Position numbers and translations under genes: made by a program
In this document: positions 43,920 to 59,474 of the stretch, piece after piece
How the letters are laid out: each line of letters starts with the position of its first letter
Numbering within the stretch: the stretch's first letter is position 1
From: the human T2T-CHM13v2.0 reference genome, Homo sapiens
Strand: one strand, 5' to 3'
DNA length: 64,000 nucleotides
Assembly (NCBI RefSeq): GCF_009914755.1
Contig: NC_060928.1
Notes under the pieces: model-generated
What the model was told of the DNA's origin: nothing
The model's input: the letters and a program-made list of their open reading frames with translations, nothing else
Databases searched by the model: none

Positions 43920-45121
43920 TAGCCTTAGCCTACCTTTTCCTTACAAAGGTTTTTACTGCTGTCTCTTTTATCACCTTTCCCTTGAAAGTTCCTGACAACT
44001 TGAAACCACTTATTTGCATGTAGTGAACTGCTTAATACTTGTGTTAGGGTATATCACAGACCTCTGCCTCAGAAAAGAAAGTCACATTTTTATGCTCTTC
44101 AACAATAAATCCTCTAAGCAAAAATGTGGCATTGCCTTACATGTTTAGATTCATACATAAGATTCCCTACATAATTTGTGGTATAATGGACATGGGATAT
44201 AAGATTCTGGAATTTTATGCAGCATCTAGAAGACCCAAAAGGAATGTTTAGGATTTCTCTTTCCTATCATTCTCATCTTTCTTTCTCTGTCCAAGTCTTT
44301 CCCCCAGAACACTTGCTCAGCCAGGCATTCTTCCTGAGTTGCCCTCTTACACTTCATTTTGCAAGCAGGACATGTTATTGAGATAAGGCTTTGGCTGACT
44401 TACATTCCGGCCAAACTGTAATCACCTGCCGTGTAGGCTGCTTCCCAAAACAGTAGGGGAAATTTTATTGGAGATGCCAGTCATTTTTGTACAATAGCCA
44501 CCCCAACATGTTAGTGACCATTTCATTCTCCATATTGTCAGAAAAATCTGTGTATTTGTGTCAAACTTAATTCAAGGTGCACCTTAAGTCCTCAGTACCT
44601 CGCCAGTCTCAGGAGGCCCTTTATGCCTCTTTCCATCTTGAGGTAATCTTCATTTTTAGCCTACACAAAGCTGAGAAAGAGACAAATAGGGGGACAATTT
44701 TGTGAAAGTCAGCCCAAATCTTCCAATTTTTTAAGTATCATTTCCTACTTGCCATAAATTCAATAGAGGGTCACTCACTATGGTGTTATACATTATTCGC
44801 CAAGTATATTATATTACAATTCTTCCTTTTAGAAGTTTCTGAAACAGTCAGGACTTAGATCATCACCTGAAAATTTAATCCCTTGTTAGGTCAACCCTGA
44901 TTGATAATTCAGATCATATGTCATACACGTGGCCAAAATTTCCATTTTCTATTTTCTACTTAGTTATGGACTATAGTATAGTTATATCTAGCCTTAATGA
45001 CCTTTTGAAAAAAATTCCTTTGTAGCAATAGCCATATAGACATTGTTAGTACTTTAATGAAAATGATGACCAAATTCATCATAAATGAGGCATGCAGAGT
45101 TTAATTTAGTGCTATTTTCCA

Positions 45122-45262
45122 TTTTTCTTTTTTGTATTTTTTTTTAGAGATGTGGTCTCATTATGTTGCCCAGGCTGGTCTCTAACTCCTGGGCTCAAGC
45201 AATCCTCCCACCTCAGTCTCCTAAAGTGCTGGGATTCTGGGCATGAGGAACCATGTTTAGCC
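45122..45262 (-). mobile_element. FLAM_C-like monomer
   Basis: ctcctgggctcaagcaatcctccc single monomer with a T tail. Confidence 0.85.
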
Positions 45263-45313
45263 TTTTCTATTTTTAAAAGAAGAGTGTTCGTTGGTTGAAA
45301 ATATCTGGCCCCT

Positions 45314-46377
45314 CCGCCCCATCCGGGAGGGAGGTGGGGGGGTCAGCCCCCCGCCCGGCCAGCAGCCCCGTCCGGGAGGTGAGGGGCGCCTCTGCCCGGC
45401 CGCCCCTACTGGGAAGTGAGGACCCCTCTGCCCGGCCAGCCGCCCCGTCCGGGAGGGAGGTGGGGGGGTCAGCCCCCCGCCCGGCCGGCCGCCCTATCCA
45501 GGAGGTGAGGGGCGCCTCTGCCCGGCCGCCCCTACTGGGAAGTGGGGAGCCCCTCTGCCTGGCCAGCCGCCCCGTCCGAGAGGGTGGTGGGGGGGTCAGC
45601 CCCCCGCCCGGCCAGCCGCCCCATCCGGGAGGTGAGGGGCGCTTCTGCCCGGCCGCCCCTACTGGGAAGTGGGGAGCCCCTCTGCCCGGCCACGACCCCG
45701 TCTGGGAGGTGTGCCCAGCGGCTCATTGGGGATGGGCCATGATGACAATGGCGGTTTTGTGGAATGGAAAGGCGGGAAGGGTGGGGAAGAAATTGAGAAA
45801 TCGGATGGTTGCCGGGTCTGTGTGGATGGAAGTAGACATGGGAGACTTTTCATTTTGTTCTGTACTAAGAAAAATTCTTCTGCCTTGGGATCCTGTTGAT
45901 CTGTGACCTTATCCCCAACCCTGTGCTCTCTGAAACATGTGCTGTGTCCACTCAGGGTTAAATGGATTAAGGGTGCGAGATGTGCTTTGTTAAACAGATG
46001 CTTGAAGGCAGCATGCTCGTTAAGAGTCATCACCACTCCCTAATCTCAAGTACCCAGGGACACAAACGCTGCGGAAGGCCGCAGGGTCCTCTGCCTAGGA
46101 AAACCAGAGACCTTTGTTCACTTGTTTATCTGCTGACCTTCCCTCCGCTATTGTCCTATGACCCTGCCAAATCCCCCTCTGCGAGAAACACCCAAGAATG
46201 ATCAATAAAAAAAAAATAAAAAATTAAAAAAAAAAAAAAAAAAGAAAGAAACTGTATTCAGAATAGCCCCAAACTGGAAGCAACCCAAGTGTCCATCAAC
46301 AGGATGAAAATGACTAAACACATTATGGTATATCCACACAATGGGATACTGTGTATCTATAAAAAGGCATAAACTAC

Positions 46378-46410
<33 letters not shown>
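45314..46410 (+). mobile_element. SVA (SVA_E-like), 5'-truncated in the VNTR, with a 3' transduction
   Basis: GC-rich VNTR (45314 to about 45700), SINE-R up to AATAAA at 46204-46209, two poly(A) tracts, and a perfect 17-bp TSD gaaaatatctggcccct at 45297-45313 and 46411-46427. Confidence 0.97.
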
Positions 46411-46412
<2 letters not shown>

Positions 46413-46796
46413 AAATATCTGGCCCCTAGCAGATATTAGTAACTTAGTTCTGTATAGAGAAAAATGATTTCATAATCATAGACGATATAAACTATGGACA
46501 ACCATCTTGCCAATTCACATTGGCAAGAAGAAACAATGTGATCAACCAATGTAACTGTGAATAAAATTTCTGGGGAAGTCTCACCAGAAGTGGCAATCCT
46601 ATTAGAATGGAAGATATGGCACCTTTGTGATTTGGGGAAATTTTCAATATGAGGCAAAGTTAGTTTGGGATGTCTATTTGCATTTATTGACTGGGTAACA
46701 ATAAATAAAACATTCAAACCCATTTGTGCCTCAGTTTCCATATTTGTGAAAGAAAAAGAATGGCCTTTGTGTTTGAAGCTCTTAAAATCAAGAGAG

Positions 46797-47022
46797 ACAG
46801 TGTATCACAGTGGTTAGGTACATAGCCCTGTGCATTCTGATTCTTCCTGTTACTAAATGACCTTAGAAAAGTTACTCAAACTCTTTGTGCCTCCAGTTTT
46901 GCGTTTGTAAAAAGGAATGATAATATATCAACTTTTAGGGATATTGTGAAGATTAAATTAATGAATGCATGTAAAATGCTTAGAACAATGTCAGGTACAA
47001 AGCAATAATTCAATGTATGTTA
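46797..47022 (+). mobile_element. MIR SINE
   Basis: tgaccttagaaaagttactcaaactctttgtgcctc...gaagattaaatt...atgtaaaatgcttagaaca. Confidence 0.8.
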
Positions 47023-47184
47023 GGTCTGCAGCAACAGTCATCAAAGCAAGACTATCTTTTTAAACCAGATGCTATACCTTAATTCTTTGTTCTTAATTCT
47101 TTGTTGTCACATATTTCCAAGTGCTTTCCAATGAGTTCTTCTATATCTCTGAATATTATTTCCAGGAAAATATTAAATTGAAAC

Positions 47185-47350
47185 ACAGTGAGAGCAAAGA
47201 ATATATGCTGAACTGAAAATCAGGATATGGGATCACTTGAATTTTCCCCACCAATTGTGACATTAGTAACTTGGGCTCTCGGTTTCCTCATCTGAAAAAT
47301 AATGGAAGTAAATTAATTATGTCTAAAGCCCCTTCAGCTTTAACATTCTT
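47185..47350 (+). mobile_element. MIR3/MIRc fragment
   Basis: ctcggtttcctcatctgaaaaat...tctaaagccccttcagctttaacattct. Confidence 0.6.
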
Positions 47351-48059
47351 TCAAATAAGACTGTATTTGGTCTTATTATCCTGAAATAATTGGAATGACA
47401 TTTTACAATAGCCATTCTCAATATGCATATTTGCTTAGGTATGTTAAGCTCTTTTTTTTTCTTTTAAACCTCAAATTCAAGGTTTGTGTCAACTAAAATA
47501 GACAAAATCTTATGAATGTTGAACCAGGAATGTGACAAAATGCATTTTTCCACCATAGAGTCAAAGTTAGCATAATATACTTTATCTAAATGAACACATT
47601 TTAGTAAAAGTAAAGTTCTGATTTAGGGCAACTTGGAAAATGAGAATTTCAGTTAAGACCTGCCTAAAGGAAAGGAAGCTGAGGAAATGAGCGAGAGAAC
47701 GAGTATAATTCTTAAAGGAGAATTTAAGTTACACTTTGGAAAATACTTGTAAAAACAGAGTTATCTTTGCAGGGAGCACATCATCTTGAGGGGAGGTGCT
47801 ACAAAGTTAGAAAAAAGACAAATAACACCAAGCAAATTACAGTTTTTAAAAATAGTATTATCTCAAGGAAACAGATGAGAGCCTACAGGGAAGGGGAAAA
47901 GTTAGTAAGAAAAGAAAATAATAAAAAATATAAAACAAAAAGTTGTCCCAAAAAACTGATGAAAGAGAAAAATAAGGAAATAGCACGGAGATATGAGAGG
48001 AAAAAGACATAAAAGAATGACATACATGGAGTCATAGTGTCAAAAATACATTGATCTGA

Positions 48060-48226
48060 CAGTCAGAAAGACAGCTTCCATATTCCAAAAAATAAGGTGG
48101 GGGTGGAGGTGGGTTGGCATAAGGAAGAGCCTAGAATGTTCAAAAATATGAAAGACAAAAAAGCTAGGAAACTGTTCTGATTAAAGGTGACTAAAGATAA
48201 TACATAACCCTTGATAGAATCCTAGA

Positions 48227-48257
<31 letters not shown>

Positions 48258-48625
48258 GACATGGAGACAATCAGGGACATTTGGATATGGATGGATTATA
48301 TATTAAATAATAGTATTATGTTAATGATAGTCTGAGTGGCAATGGTATTGTAGTTATATGTATACATACATATATATAGTATGTAGGTTATATATATATG
48401 TCTTATTATAGGAGATAGAGATATATGCTGTGGTATTTAGGGGTAAGATGTCTGCAACTTACTCTCAGCCTTTTCAGGGGGAAAAAACGTAGTATAAGGA
48501 AAAGGAGACAAAGTAAATATGGCAAAATGTTGACAATTCATGAATGTAGAGGGAGAATCTACAATGTTCATTGTCCTATTCTTGTAATCTGCCTGTAGGA
48601 TTGCAGTTTTCAAAATAAAAAGTTT
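48060..48625 (+). mobile_element. L1MC/L1ME 3' UTR fragment with an internal A27 run
   Basis: gatgtctgcaacttactctca, ggcaaaatgttgacaatt, and the tttcaaaataaaaagtt end. Confidence 0.7.
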
Positions 48626-49289
48626 CTCAAAATTAAAAATAACATAAAATCTTGCAATAAATAAATTCCAAAGCTGTTTAAAAAAAGCAAAAAAAATTAT
48701 GTAGCATAAGCTACCTTGCTCAACCCTTGTCCATCATCCTTCTCCACTACAACTTCATCAAAGAGAGAGTGTGTAAAACCAAATTATTACTAATTATTGA
48801 TTAGTTCTGCAAATAAGAACCCTGAATTCTTTAGAGGTTAGTGCTCTTCTTATCATTAGAACCACAACAGTTCTCTACTGCCAGTCTGGACAGAAGCAGT
48901 TACTTTGTGGTATCTATTGGGTAACATTGAGAGGAAGAAATGGGAACCTCTAAATGCAAATTAAGCCTGTGGTTAAAAAAAAATTAATTAAATAAAAAAA
49001 TAAGCTAACGCAGGAGAACTTTTTTTGTCTCACTAAGATAGTTGTGTAATATCTTGAGTGGACAAGCAAGGAGGGGTAATTTAACAGATATAGCAATGTG
49101 TCTTGTGTGTTAGGCATATATGGTGGAGAATAGACTGGTTTTGGTAGTCTATCTCTAAAAAGAGAAGTATAGGTAACTGAATGTGTTTTAATTATTTGAA
49201 AGATTTACTTCTCTAACAATCTAAAAACTGAAAACCTTTAAAAGGAACCCTACCTAAAAGAGGAGGATTTTTTCTTAATGAGGAAGCAT

Positions 49290-50151
<862 letters not shown>

Positions 50152-50539
50152 GGTTTATCCTTTTAAAGTCCCCATTGCTATTGTTACAAGAGTAGAGTTT
50201 AGTTAATTGCTTTCTATTTATGACAGGGCATGGAGTGCAGCAAAGTCTACCAAACTGAATACAGTTTTGGAGTGTCGACAAAATATGAATTTCCTCTTCA
50301 CTTCTGCAGACTATCCATATGAAATTATATTTAATCTGTATAACTAACTCCTCAGTCTATTCTGCTGTAATAAAGCATCTTTTCAAGAAATGAAAATAAT
50401 ATCTACATGATTAGAAAAGCTGTTTATGCCAATTTGATGAAGCATGTATTTTAGGTTTGCACCTATATAGTGTGGTTTTGGAACTGGCAACACTTCTATT
50501 TCCATCTGTCATTTAAAGCAAGCTTGGTTTAGAAGAGCC

Positions 50540-50780
50540 ACATAGTGTGCTAAAGGTTAGAACAAAGACTCTAGAGCTAGGTCAATCTGGGTTTGAATCC
50601 CTTACATGCCTTCTAGTTGAGTATCCTTGGACAAATTTCTTAATATCTCTCTGCACTTCCATTTTCTCATCTGTAAAGTGGGTAGAAAACTTATGCCTAC
50701 TTTATAGGGATATCATGAAGATTAAATGAGTTGATGCATATGAAGTTCTTAATACAGTACCTGGCATGCAGTGATGTTAG
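50540..50780 (+). mobile_element. MIR SINE
   Basis: ctgggtttgaatcc...ttctcatctgtaaagtggg...gaagattaaatgag. Confidence 0.8.
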
Positions 50781-52453
50781 CTGATCATCAGGGATTATTG
50801 GTTCTCTTTAACCCACTGCTTTTATACAATGAACAGTTAGTTCTAAGGGTGATCAAATTAAAGCACATCTTTTAATATTGTGGGGCTTGGGTCTATATTT
50901 AGACTCATTTCCAGAATAGTCTCATGGCCAGAATTTAGACGCAGCCAGAATAGTCAATGGCTAATATTTTTTGAGGACATCTTCAGTGCCATAGTTCTAT
51001 CATCACATATTATATAACAATGTAATATTAGTGTTGTGGGGATATTTTTTCAGGAAAATTATGTAAATTTATGTCCAGATATATTACTTTTTGAATTTCA
51101 TAGAACATATATGATTGAAGGGAAGCTGAAGAGTAAATTTTGGTTTTCTTGAAACCACTACTGAAAAGAGTTCACCTCCATAATGCCTCTTGCTATATTC
51201 CTATTATTCAAGGTCTATCTAGACTGCCCCAGAAGATTTTCAGACATTTTAGGTAATCTACACTTCTTGGTTTTTCTAGAGAAGTCAGTCGGGGAATCAT
51301 GGGAATTAATCTAAACTTCTTACAGGAATTATTCTAATTTTCTAATCCAGGAAGGTGAGAATGGACCAGGAAAACTTCTTAGTAATAAGCAGAAAGAATT
51401 TGGTGCTAAGAAAGAAGTTAAGTACACAGATTGCATTCTGTTTTTATTTACCAAGCAGTCCTGAACATTTGTAATGCACAAAGCTGTATACAGGCACAGT
51501 ATAGAAACAAGTTGCACCATCTTTGCTCTCAAGTAGCTTATACTTCACATGACAAAAAGATATGCATGCACAAATATATAGCAAACGAGGAAATGCATAT
51601 AAAATATCGTCCTATCAAAGCATGATTTTGAATAAGCTTTAAATCCTAAAAGATTCATTCCAGCAAGTATTAATAGTATTTTGGTTCTCATTAGTTCTAC
51701 CAATAACTTGGGTCTTGAACTTTCAACACTTCATTAACTGAAAGAAGAGGCTGGGGTAATCACTGTTGCAATAGCATGACTGCTATTTTTTTTTCTCTTG
51801 CAGCCACCAACTGATAGCTACAAAACTGCACTTCCTAGAGACATGTTGAGAGAGGTTCAAGGCTCAACAGAACTTACCCTTTTGCTGTCAGAGGTACAAT
51901 TAGATGTTTGATGTAGCTCCCAGGTTAATTACAAAGTGAGCATTACATTAGATTAATAAATGCTGAGGTTGATGCCCTTGCAATGAGGGAAGACAGTACC
52001 GAATAATTCAGCTCACATTTTCTGGTCGGCACTTATCAATGTTAGTTATTTGGCAGGTCAGCCTGACCTGGGTTATGTCACAAAAAGCCACATGGGGCAG
52101 CTGTGGAAGCAAATCAGTGATCCTAGCTCAAGGGTTGTACAAAGCATTTTGTGCACATTTAACAAGTTCAAGTACCATTCAATACTTGATGGTACTTGAA
52201 CCATCCAATACATGCTGGTTTTTCCCTGGGATTAAAAGTAAATATGTTTTTCCACTTTTTAATTGGCCAAATATTTTATTGAAACATTTAATTGAAAGTA
52301 ATCTCCAAAAGTATTTCCAAGTTCCAGGAATTTGAACAGTATGCTGATAGAATAAAGGAGGCTATTACTGTAAAACTTCTTTCAGTATATATAACCTATA
52401 TCCACAGTACATCAGAAAGCAACTCTGCTTGAGCATATAAAAAGTGATGTCTA

Positions 52454-52760
<307 letters not shown>

Positions 52761-52999
52761 AATTTTTTTTTAATTGGCACTTTATTTTATTATAACAATA
52801 GAAATGACAGTACAAAAGTTCATCTTTTCTAAATAGAACAATGACTAGCATATTGTAAGGTCTTGATAAATATTCCTTGAATAAATCTTTGGCTAGCCTG
52901 AGAAAGTAGAATTCATTTGGCATTTATACCTAATATTAATTTCCTGATGATTTACACAAATATTTTAGGGTCAAGTTTTGAAACCCCAATAACCTAATT

Positions 53000-53611
<612 letters not shown>

Positions 53612-54494
53612 TCAAATGTTCATACCCAAGTAATTATTGTGACCTTGAGTGAGTTCCTCAACCTCTCTTGCAGTTATTTGTAAAAGAAAAAAGGCAAGTT
53701 CGAAAACTTCTAGTTCTAATGTGACTTTCCTCTTGTCTTCAAGTGCTTTGGGTCTTATTTCCCACAAATTAACAGAAGCATCCCTTTCACCCTACGTCAT
53801 ACCAGTTTGGCCACTGTGTGTGCCTCTTGTCCTAATTTTTACCTAGCCCTCACCCTACACTACTCTGCCACACACCTGAGACATATGCTATAGGCATTCT
53901 GGATATACTTTTAGCCCATTAAATGTGAAAACAGCATTTATTCTGGAAAGCTCTCTTCATTTCAGATAAATCAGAAAGACATTTACTCATATATATTATA
54001 CGTATATCACCTGATTAATTGGGCAAAATAAAATGAATAACCCTTTTAATATCCCCTTTTCAACACATATTCCCTTCTGTTATACTTCTTACTATCGTTG
54101 GGGAAACAGGAGAGATGTCTTCTTTTTTCTCTGCTCTGTAAAAATTTTTAAAGAAATCTTTCATAAAGATCTCTTTTGTATTTTTTAGTTTGATATATTT
54201 GTTCTACTAACTTAATAAGGTATTTTAATGGAGATTCCATAGAAAAATAATTGCTAGCAGAGCTTTAAAGACAGTTTAAGTACTTATATCCCTAGAGTAG
54301 AGGAATATTGTATGACATGATTTAAGAAAACCATTGCTAATGAACATAGTCATCAGCAGATTTTGACTTAAGGGGCACTGAAAAATCCTCTAATCTTATC
54401 TTCTCTTCCAAAATATACTATCTGCTGGGACCTTCTATTTGCATAGTATGAAGACAAAGAACTACTAAGCCATATGGCTTCAAGATAATCCTGA

Positions 54495-55021
54495 TGTGGT
54501 AACTTAAAAGATGTCATCAAAGTCTTGCCACACCTCTCATCAGGAGGTGAAATCTATTTCCACTCCCCTTGAATCTAGACTGGCCCTGTCACAGACTTTG
54601 ACAAATAGATTGTGGCAAAAGTGATTATGGAACTTCTAAGAGTAGGCCTTCAGAGATCTATATGCTTTCTCCCTCTTGGAATGCTCTCTATTGGAAGTGA
54701 GCAACCATGCAAGAAATAACAACTACCCTGAGTCCACCATGCAGGGAGGAAGCCTGAGCTAACCTCATGGAGAGAGAGAGTGTGTGAAGGAGTACAGAAG
54801 GGCCATACCTGTGAGTAAAACTTTCTTGGGACTTCCATTTCAGCTCCACCACCAGATAAGCACAACTGAGCGAATGACACCAACCAGTGCCAAGAGAAGC
54901 AGGACTACCCAACTACACTTTGCCTAAATTCCTGATTCACAGAATTATAAGCAAATAAAATGATTGTTTAAAGCACTAAGTTTTGGGTTCATTTGTTATG
55001 CGGCAATAAAGAATCAAAACA
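54495..55021 (+). mobile_element. MLT1 (G/H-like) solo LTR
   Basis: TGT...ACA termini, ccccttgaatctagactggcc motif, TSD cctga/cctgg. Confidence 0.85.
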
Positions 55022-56474
55022 CCTGGAATCCAGTTCCCTTCTCTTTTATTACCCACATGGTCTCTCTCCTGTAGTGTCGCTGTTTTTCCTGACTAGCTTT
55101 CTCATCCTGCTGTTACACCCTTACTAGGAATTTCTCTCAGCAATATCCAGTTAAAATTCCGGAAGGGAATAGGCTGGTTGGCTTTGCTCATTGTCTCACT
55201 TTTCTTGGGCAGAACCTTTTGTACCAATCCATTTCATCAGCATTTTTATGGGTGAATCTTAGTTGACCAGGTACCGACTCTCGTCAAATTACTGTCTGAC
55301 TCTACACAAGAAATATACAAAGAGCCTGGTGCTGCTTTCCTGAGCAGGACAGTTCATAGGGACATTGAGCATGGTTGGCATCTAACCTGGTTATTCTGAA
55401 GATTTCATGATTAAATCCTCAGTCCTATGAATTAACCAATTGTCCAGTGTTAAAATACAGACACCCCCTGCACACATGAAACTGCTCATCAATTGTTTAA
55501 ACTTTAACATATGTAAAAGGTGTCCAGTAGGAGCTAGCTGAATCTGAGCATTAATGCTGGAAAAGGAGGAGGAGGCCTGAGATCTTTGGCTGCTTGGTAG
55601 AGTAAAGGTGGTAGAAAGAAGTCAACAAGAACTTAAAGGAAAGATCAAAGGACAGTGAAAGAACATTTTTCCTAGTTTTGCCTAGAGCAGGCTTTTGATT
55701 AAAGGTAGAGTGCTGACTCTCTAAAGATAGATATCTAAAAGGATTCTTCTAGATACATGAGAGCACAGGAAAGATTGTGCAAGGGCATAAATATGAGCAT
55801 ACTATAGTGATTAAGACCATGTGACATTAAAGGAAGAGGAAGATGGAAAAAAAGGTACATGAAGAATATAAACAAGAGGTTGGTGCCTAGAAAAAGAGGA
55901 AGATAGTAGAAAGTTTGGGAAGTATAGAAAGTATAAGATCCTTTAGGAGTTGTTCTTTATATACTACTATTTGCTAAACTTCAATGTTTAAAATTCAGCA
56001 TTTGTAGAGCAAGCGTAGGTATACAGCTATTATTAAATTCTAATATGTAATGGTCTGTATACTTCCAGAAGCTTTCAGAGTTTTGAATTGATATTCCATT
56101 ATAAATTTTTTAGGAATTCACCATTTGTAATGCACATGTCTAGTGATAATTCTTTCCCTCAGCCCCACCCCCCAGATCTTTATATGTCTGGTAATTTCTC
56201 ATCATTCAGGCTTTCGTTGAAACGGAAATGCCTCAGAAAGCCTTTTGCTTTCTTAACCATCCTTGGCAAGAAGAATTCCATGATGGACCCTCCAGGTTCC
56301 TAGCCTTGATATACACACATCTCTCAGTTATTCAGTAAAACACACTAATGTAGCTATTGCTGTAAAGGAAGTATGGAGATGAAATCAAGGTCCCAAATCT
56401 ATTGACCTTTAAATAAAGAGATTAACCGGGTGGAACTGACCAAGTCATATGAGCCCTTTAAAATAAATTTTCTC

Positions 56475-57080
56475 AACCACAGTGAGATACGACCTCATAG
56501 CTGTTACAATGGCTATATCAAAGAGACAAGAGAGGCTGGGCATGGTGGCTCACGCCTATAATCCCTGCACTTTGGGAGGCAGAGGAGGGTGGGTTACTTG
56601 AGGTCAGGTGTTTGAGACCAGCCTGGCCAACAGGCTGAAAGCCCGTCTCTACTAAAAATACAAAAATTAACCTGGCATGGTGGAGGGCATCTGTAATCCC
56701 AGCAACTCAGCTGAGGCAGAATAATTGCTTAAACCCAAGAGATGGATGTTGCAGTGAGCCAAAACCACACCACAGCCCTTCAGCCTGGGCAACAGAGTGA
56801 GACTCCATCTTAAAAAAAAAAAAAAACAAGAGATAACAAGTTCAGCTAATTTAATGTATAGCATGCCAATTATAATTAATAACAATGTAACATACACTTG
56901 GAAATTGCTAAAAGAGTCGATTTCAATGTCCTCACCCCAAACAAATAATATGTGAGGTAGTAGATATGTTAATTAGCTTGATTTTGTCATTTCACAATGT
57001 GTACATATATCAAAATATATTGTACACCATAAATATATACAATTTTTATTTATTCATTTAAAAATAAGTAAAAATAAAAA
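56475..57080 (+). mobile_element. L1MA 3' fragment with an internal deletion, interrupted by Alu
   Basis: ORF2 piece (aaccacagtgagatac) joined to a late 3' UTR (tacacttggaaattgctaaaagag, tatgttaattagcttgat). Confidence 0.7.
56534..56825 (+). mobile_element. AluSx-like
   Basis: Full dimer. TSD core acaagaga. Confidence 0.93.
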
Positions 57081-57109
57081 TGGGGCTTATACTTTAAGAA
57101 ATTGATTTT

Positions 57110-57529
<420 letters not shown>

Positions 57530-58118
57530 CTACTGGAGCCCAGGGTAAGCCCTTGGCTAACAGCCAGCAAGGAGCAAGGATCTCAGTCCTACAACTACAA
57601 GGAACTGGATTCTGCCAGTAACAGCAATGAGCTTGGAAGCAGAGTTTTTATTTCAGCCTTGTGAGACCCTGAGCAGAGAACCCAGCAATACCATGCCAGA
57701 CTTCTGATCTACAAAGCAGTATATAATAAATGAGTGTTTTTTAAATGGCTGAGTTCATGATAATTTGTTACATAGCAACAGAAAACTAATTTACCATCCT
57801 AATCTAAAATAAGACCCCATAATCACACTCCAGTCATTATTATACATTAGTTTGTTTTTCTTTCTTCAAAAATATATATAATAATTTATGTATTATATAT
57901 AAAACATAAAATTAATATTTATTTGCTTGCTTGCTAAATATCTCTTCCCTAATATTATATTAGACAATAAGCTTAGTGAGGGAACGTAAAAGGTACCCAA
58001 TCAATATTTACTTAAAAAAAGATAAATGCCTACATTTAAACAAATATTTTTCAAAAAAAGGTTAATCAAATCTCAGAGATACCATCCCCCCAAAAAAAAT
58101 TTTTAAATATGTCTTCTA

Positions 58119-58250
58119 GGCCAGGCGCAGTGGCTCACACCTGTAATCCCAGCACTTGGGGAGGCTGAGGTGGAAGGACTGCCTGAGTCCAGGAGTTCAA
58201 GACCAACCTAGGCAACATGTTGAGACTCCATCTCATAAAATAAATTTGTT
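58119..58250 (+). mobile_element. FLAM / Alu left monomer
   Basis: Single monomer flanked by tgtcttct repeats. Confidence 0.85.
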
Positions 58251-58256
58251 TTTTAA

Positions 58257-58621
<365 letters not shown>

Positions 58622-59038
58622 TTAAAGACCTACATATACTTCCATAATATATGAATTTCAATTTATACTCGGAGCTTAGCAAAATGGAGCACACATAAAA
58701 GTTAAAAGTTACAATTGGAAAGGACTCAGCTGATTATGTATTCCACCCTCAATGCTGTTTAAAAAATATATATATATATGAGTCTTCATGTAATATGGAA
58801 TGTCCTGACAAGTTTCCTAACAAATTATTTCACAGACCAACAACAGAAATCACCAAGAAAAATGTCCACTTACTTAGGGTAAATCTGTCTAGGTTTAGTG
58901 TTCTTTATTAACATCTCTGTTGTTCTCTCCTGGGTTACTCACCCTCCTTCTCCAACCTTTTCTGTGCTCCAGAAGCTGGCCTGTAATTAACTATATCAAC
59001 AGACTCCCACATCCTCTACTTTCTAGTAGATTTAGTCT

Positions 59039-59474
59039 AGTCCTGTCCAGGAGAAACTGTGTGATATGGTATGATATTATGTGATATGGTATGATATTAT
59101 GTGATATGGTATGATATTATGTGATATGGAATGATATATGTATAAATAGTTTTTTAATTTTAATAATTTTCTAAAAATTTAAATTTTCTAATAGTTATGA
59201 TTTAAATTAAAAAGCAGGTAAAAATAATATGTGTATATCAATATATTACATATATTGATATATACATATTTAATATGTGTTAATGTTTAATAATAATGTA
59301 TATCAAATATATATGTCCATACTATTGATACCATTTTTATTTAACATAAAATTATTAAGGTGATATTTTACATTCTTTTTTCATACTAAGTCTTCAACAT
59401 TTGGGATGTATTTTACACCTAAAACCACATTTCGGTAGACACCTGTGACCAGGCTATCGTATCAGGCAGTGCAG
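59039..59474. mobile_element. MER33-like hAT-Charlie MITE with AT-rich expansions
   Basis: attttacattctttttt.catactaagtcttc...tgtattttacac...ggcagtgcag. Confidence 0.7.
59061..59137. repeat. 20-bp tandem repeat (gtgatatggtatgatattat), 3 perfect copies plus 1 partial
   Basis: Read directly from the sequence. Confidence 0.95.

Noticed and set aside
45295-45906. 203-aa Pro/Arg/Gly-rich ORF
   Set aside because: It reads through the GC-rich SVA VNTR, where stop codons are naturally scarce. There is no coding evidence.
47078-47105. 14-bp tandem duplication cttaattctttgtt
   Set aside because: This is an ordinary slippage duplication with no further structure.
51781-51930. Strong plus-strand acceptor (polypyrimidine tract, CAG at 51801-51803) and a minus-strand GTAAGT donor nearby
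   Set aside because: The signals are isolated, with no matching partner or coding frame. They cannot be called exons without RNA data.
59061-59137. Possible CRISPR-like array
   Set aside because: These are head-to-tail repeats without spacers, in eukaryotic DNA with no cas genes.
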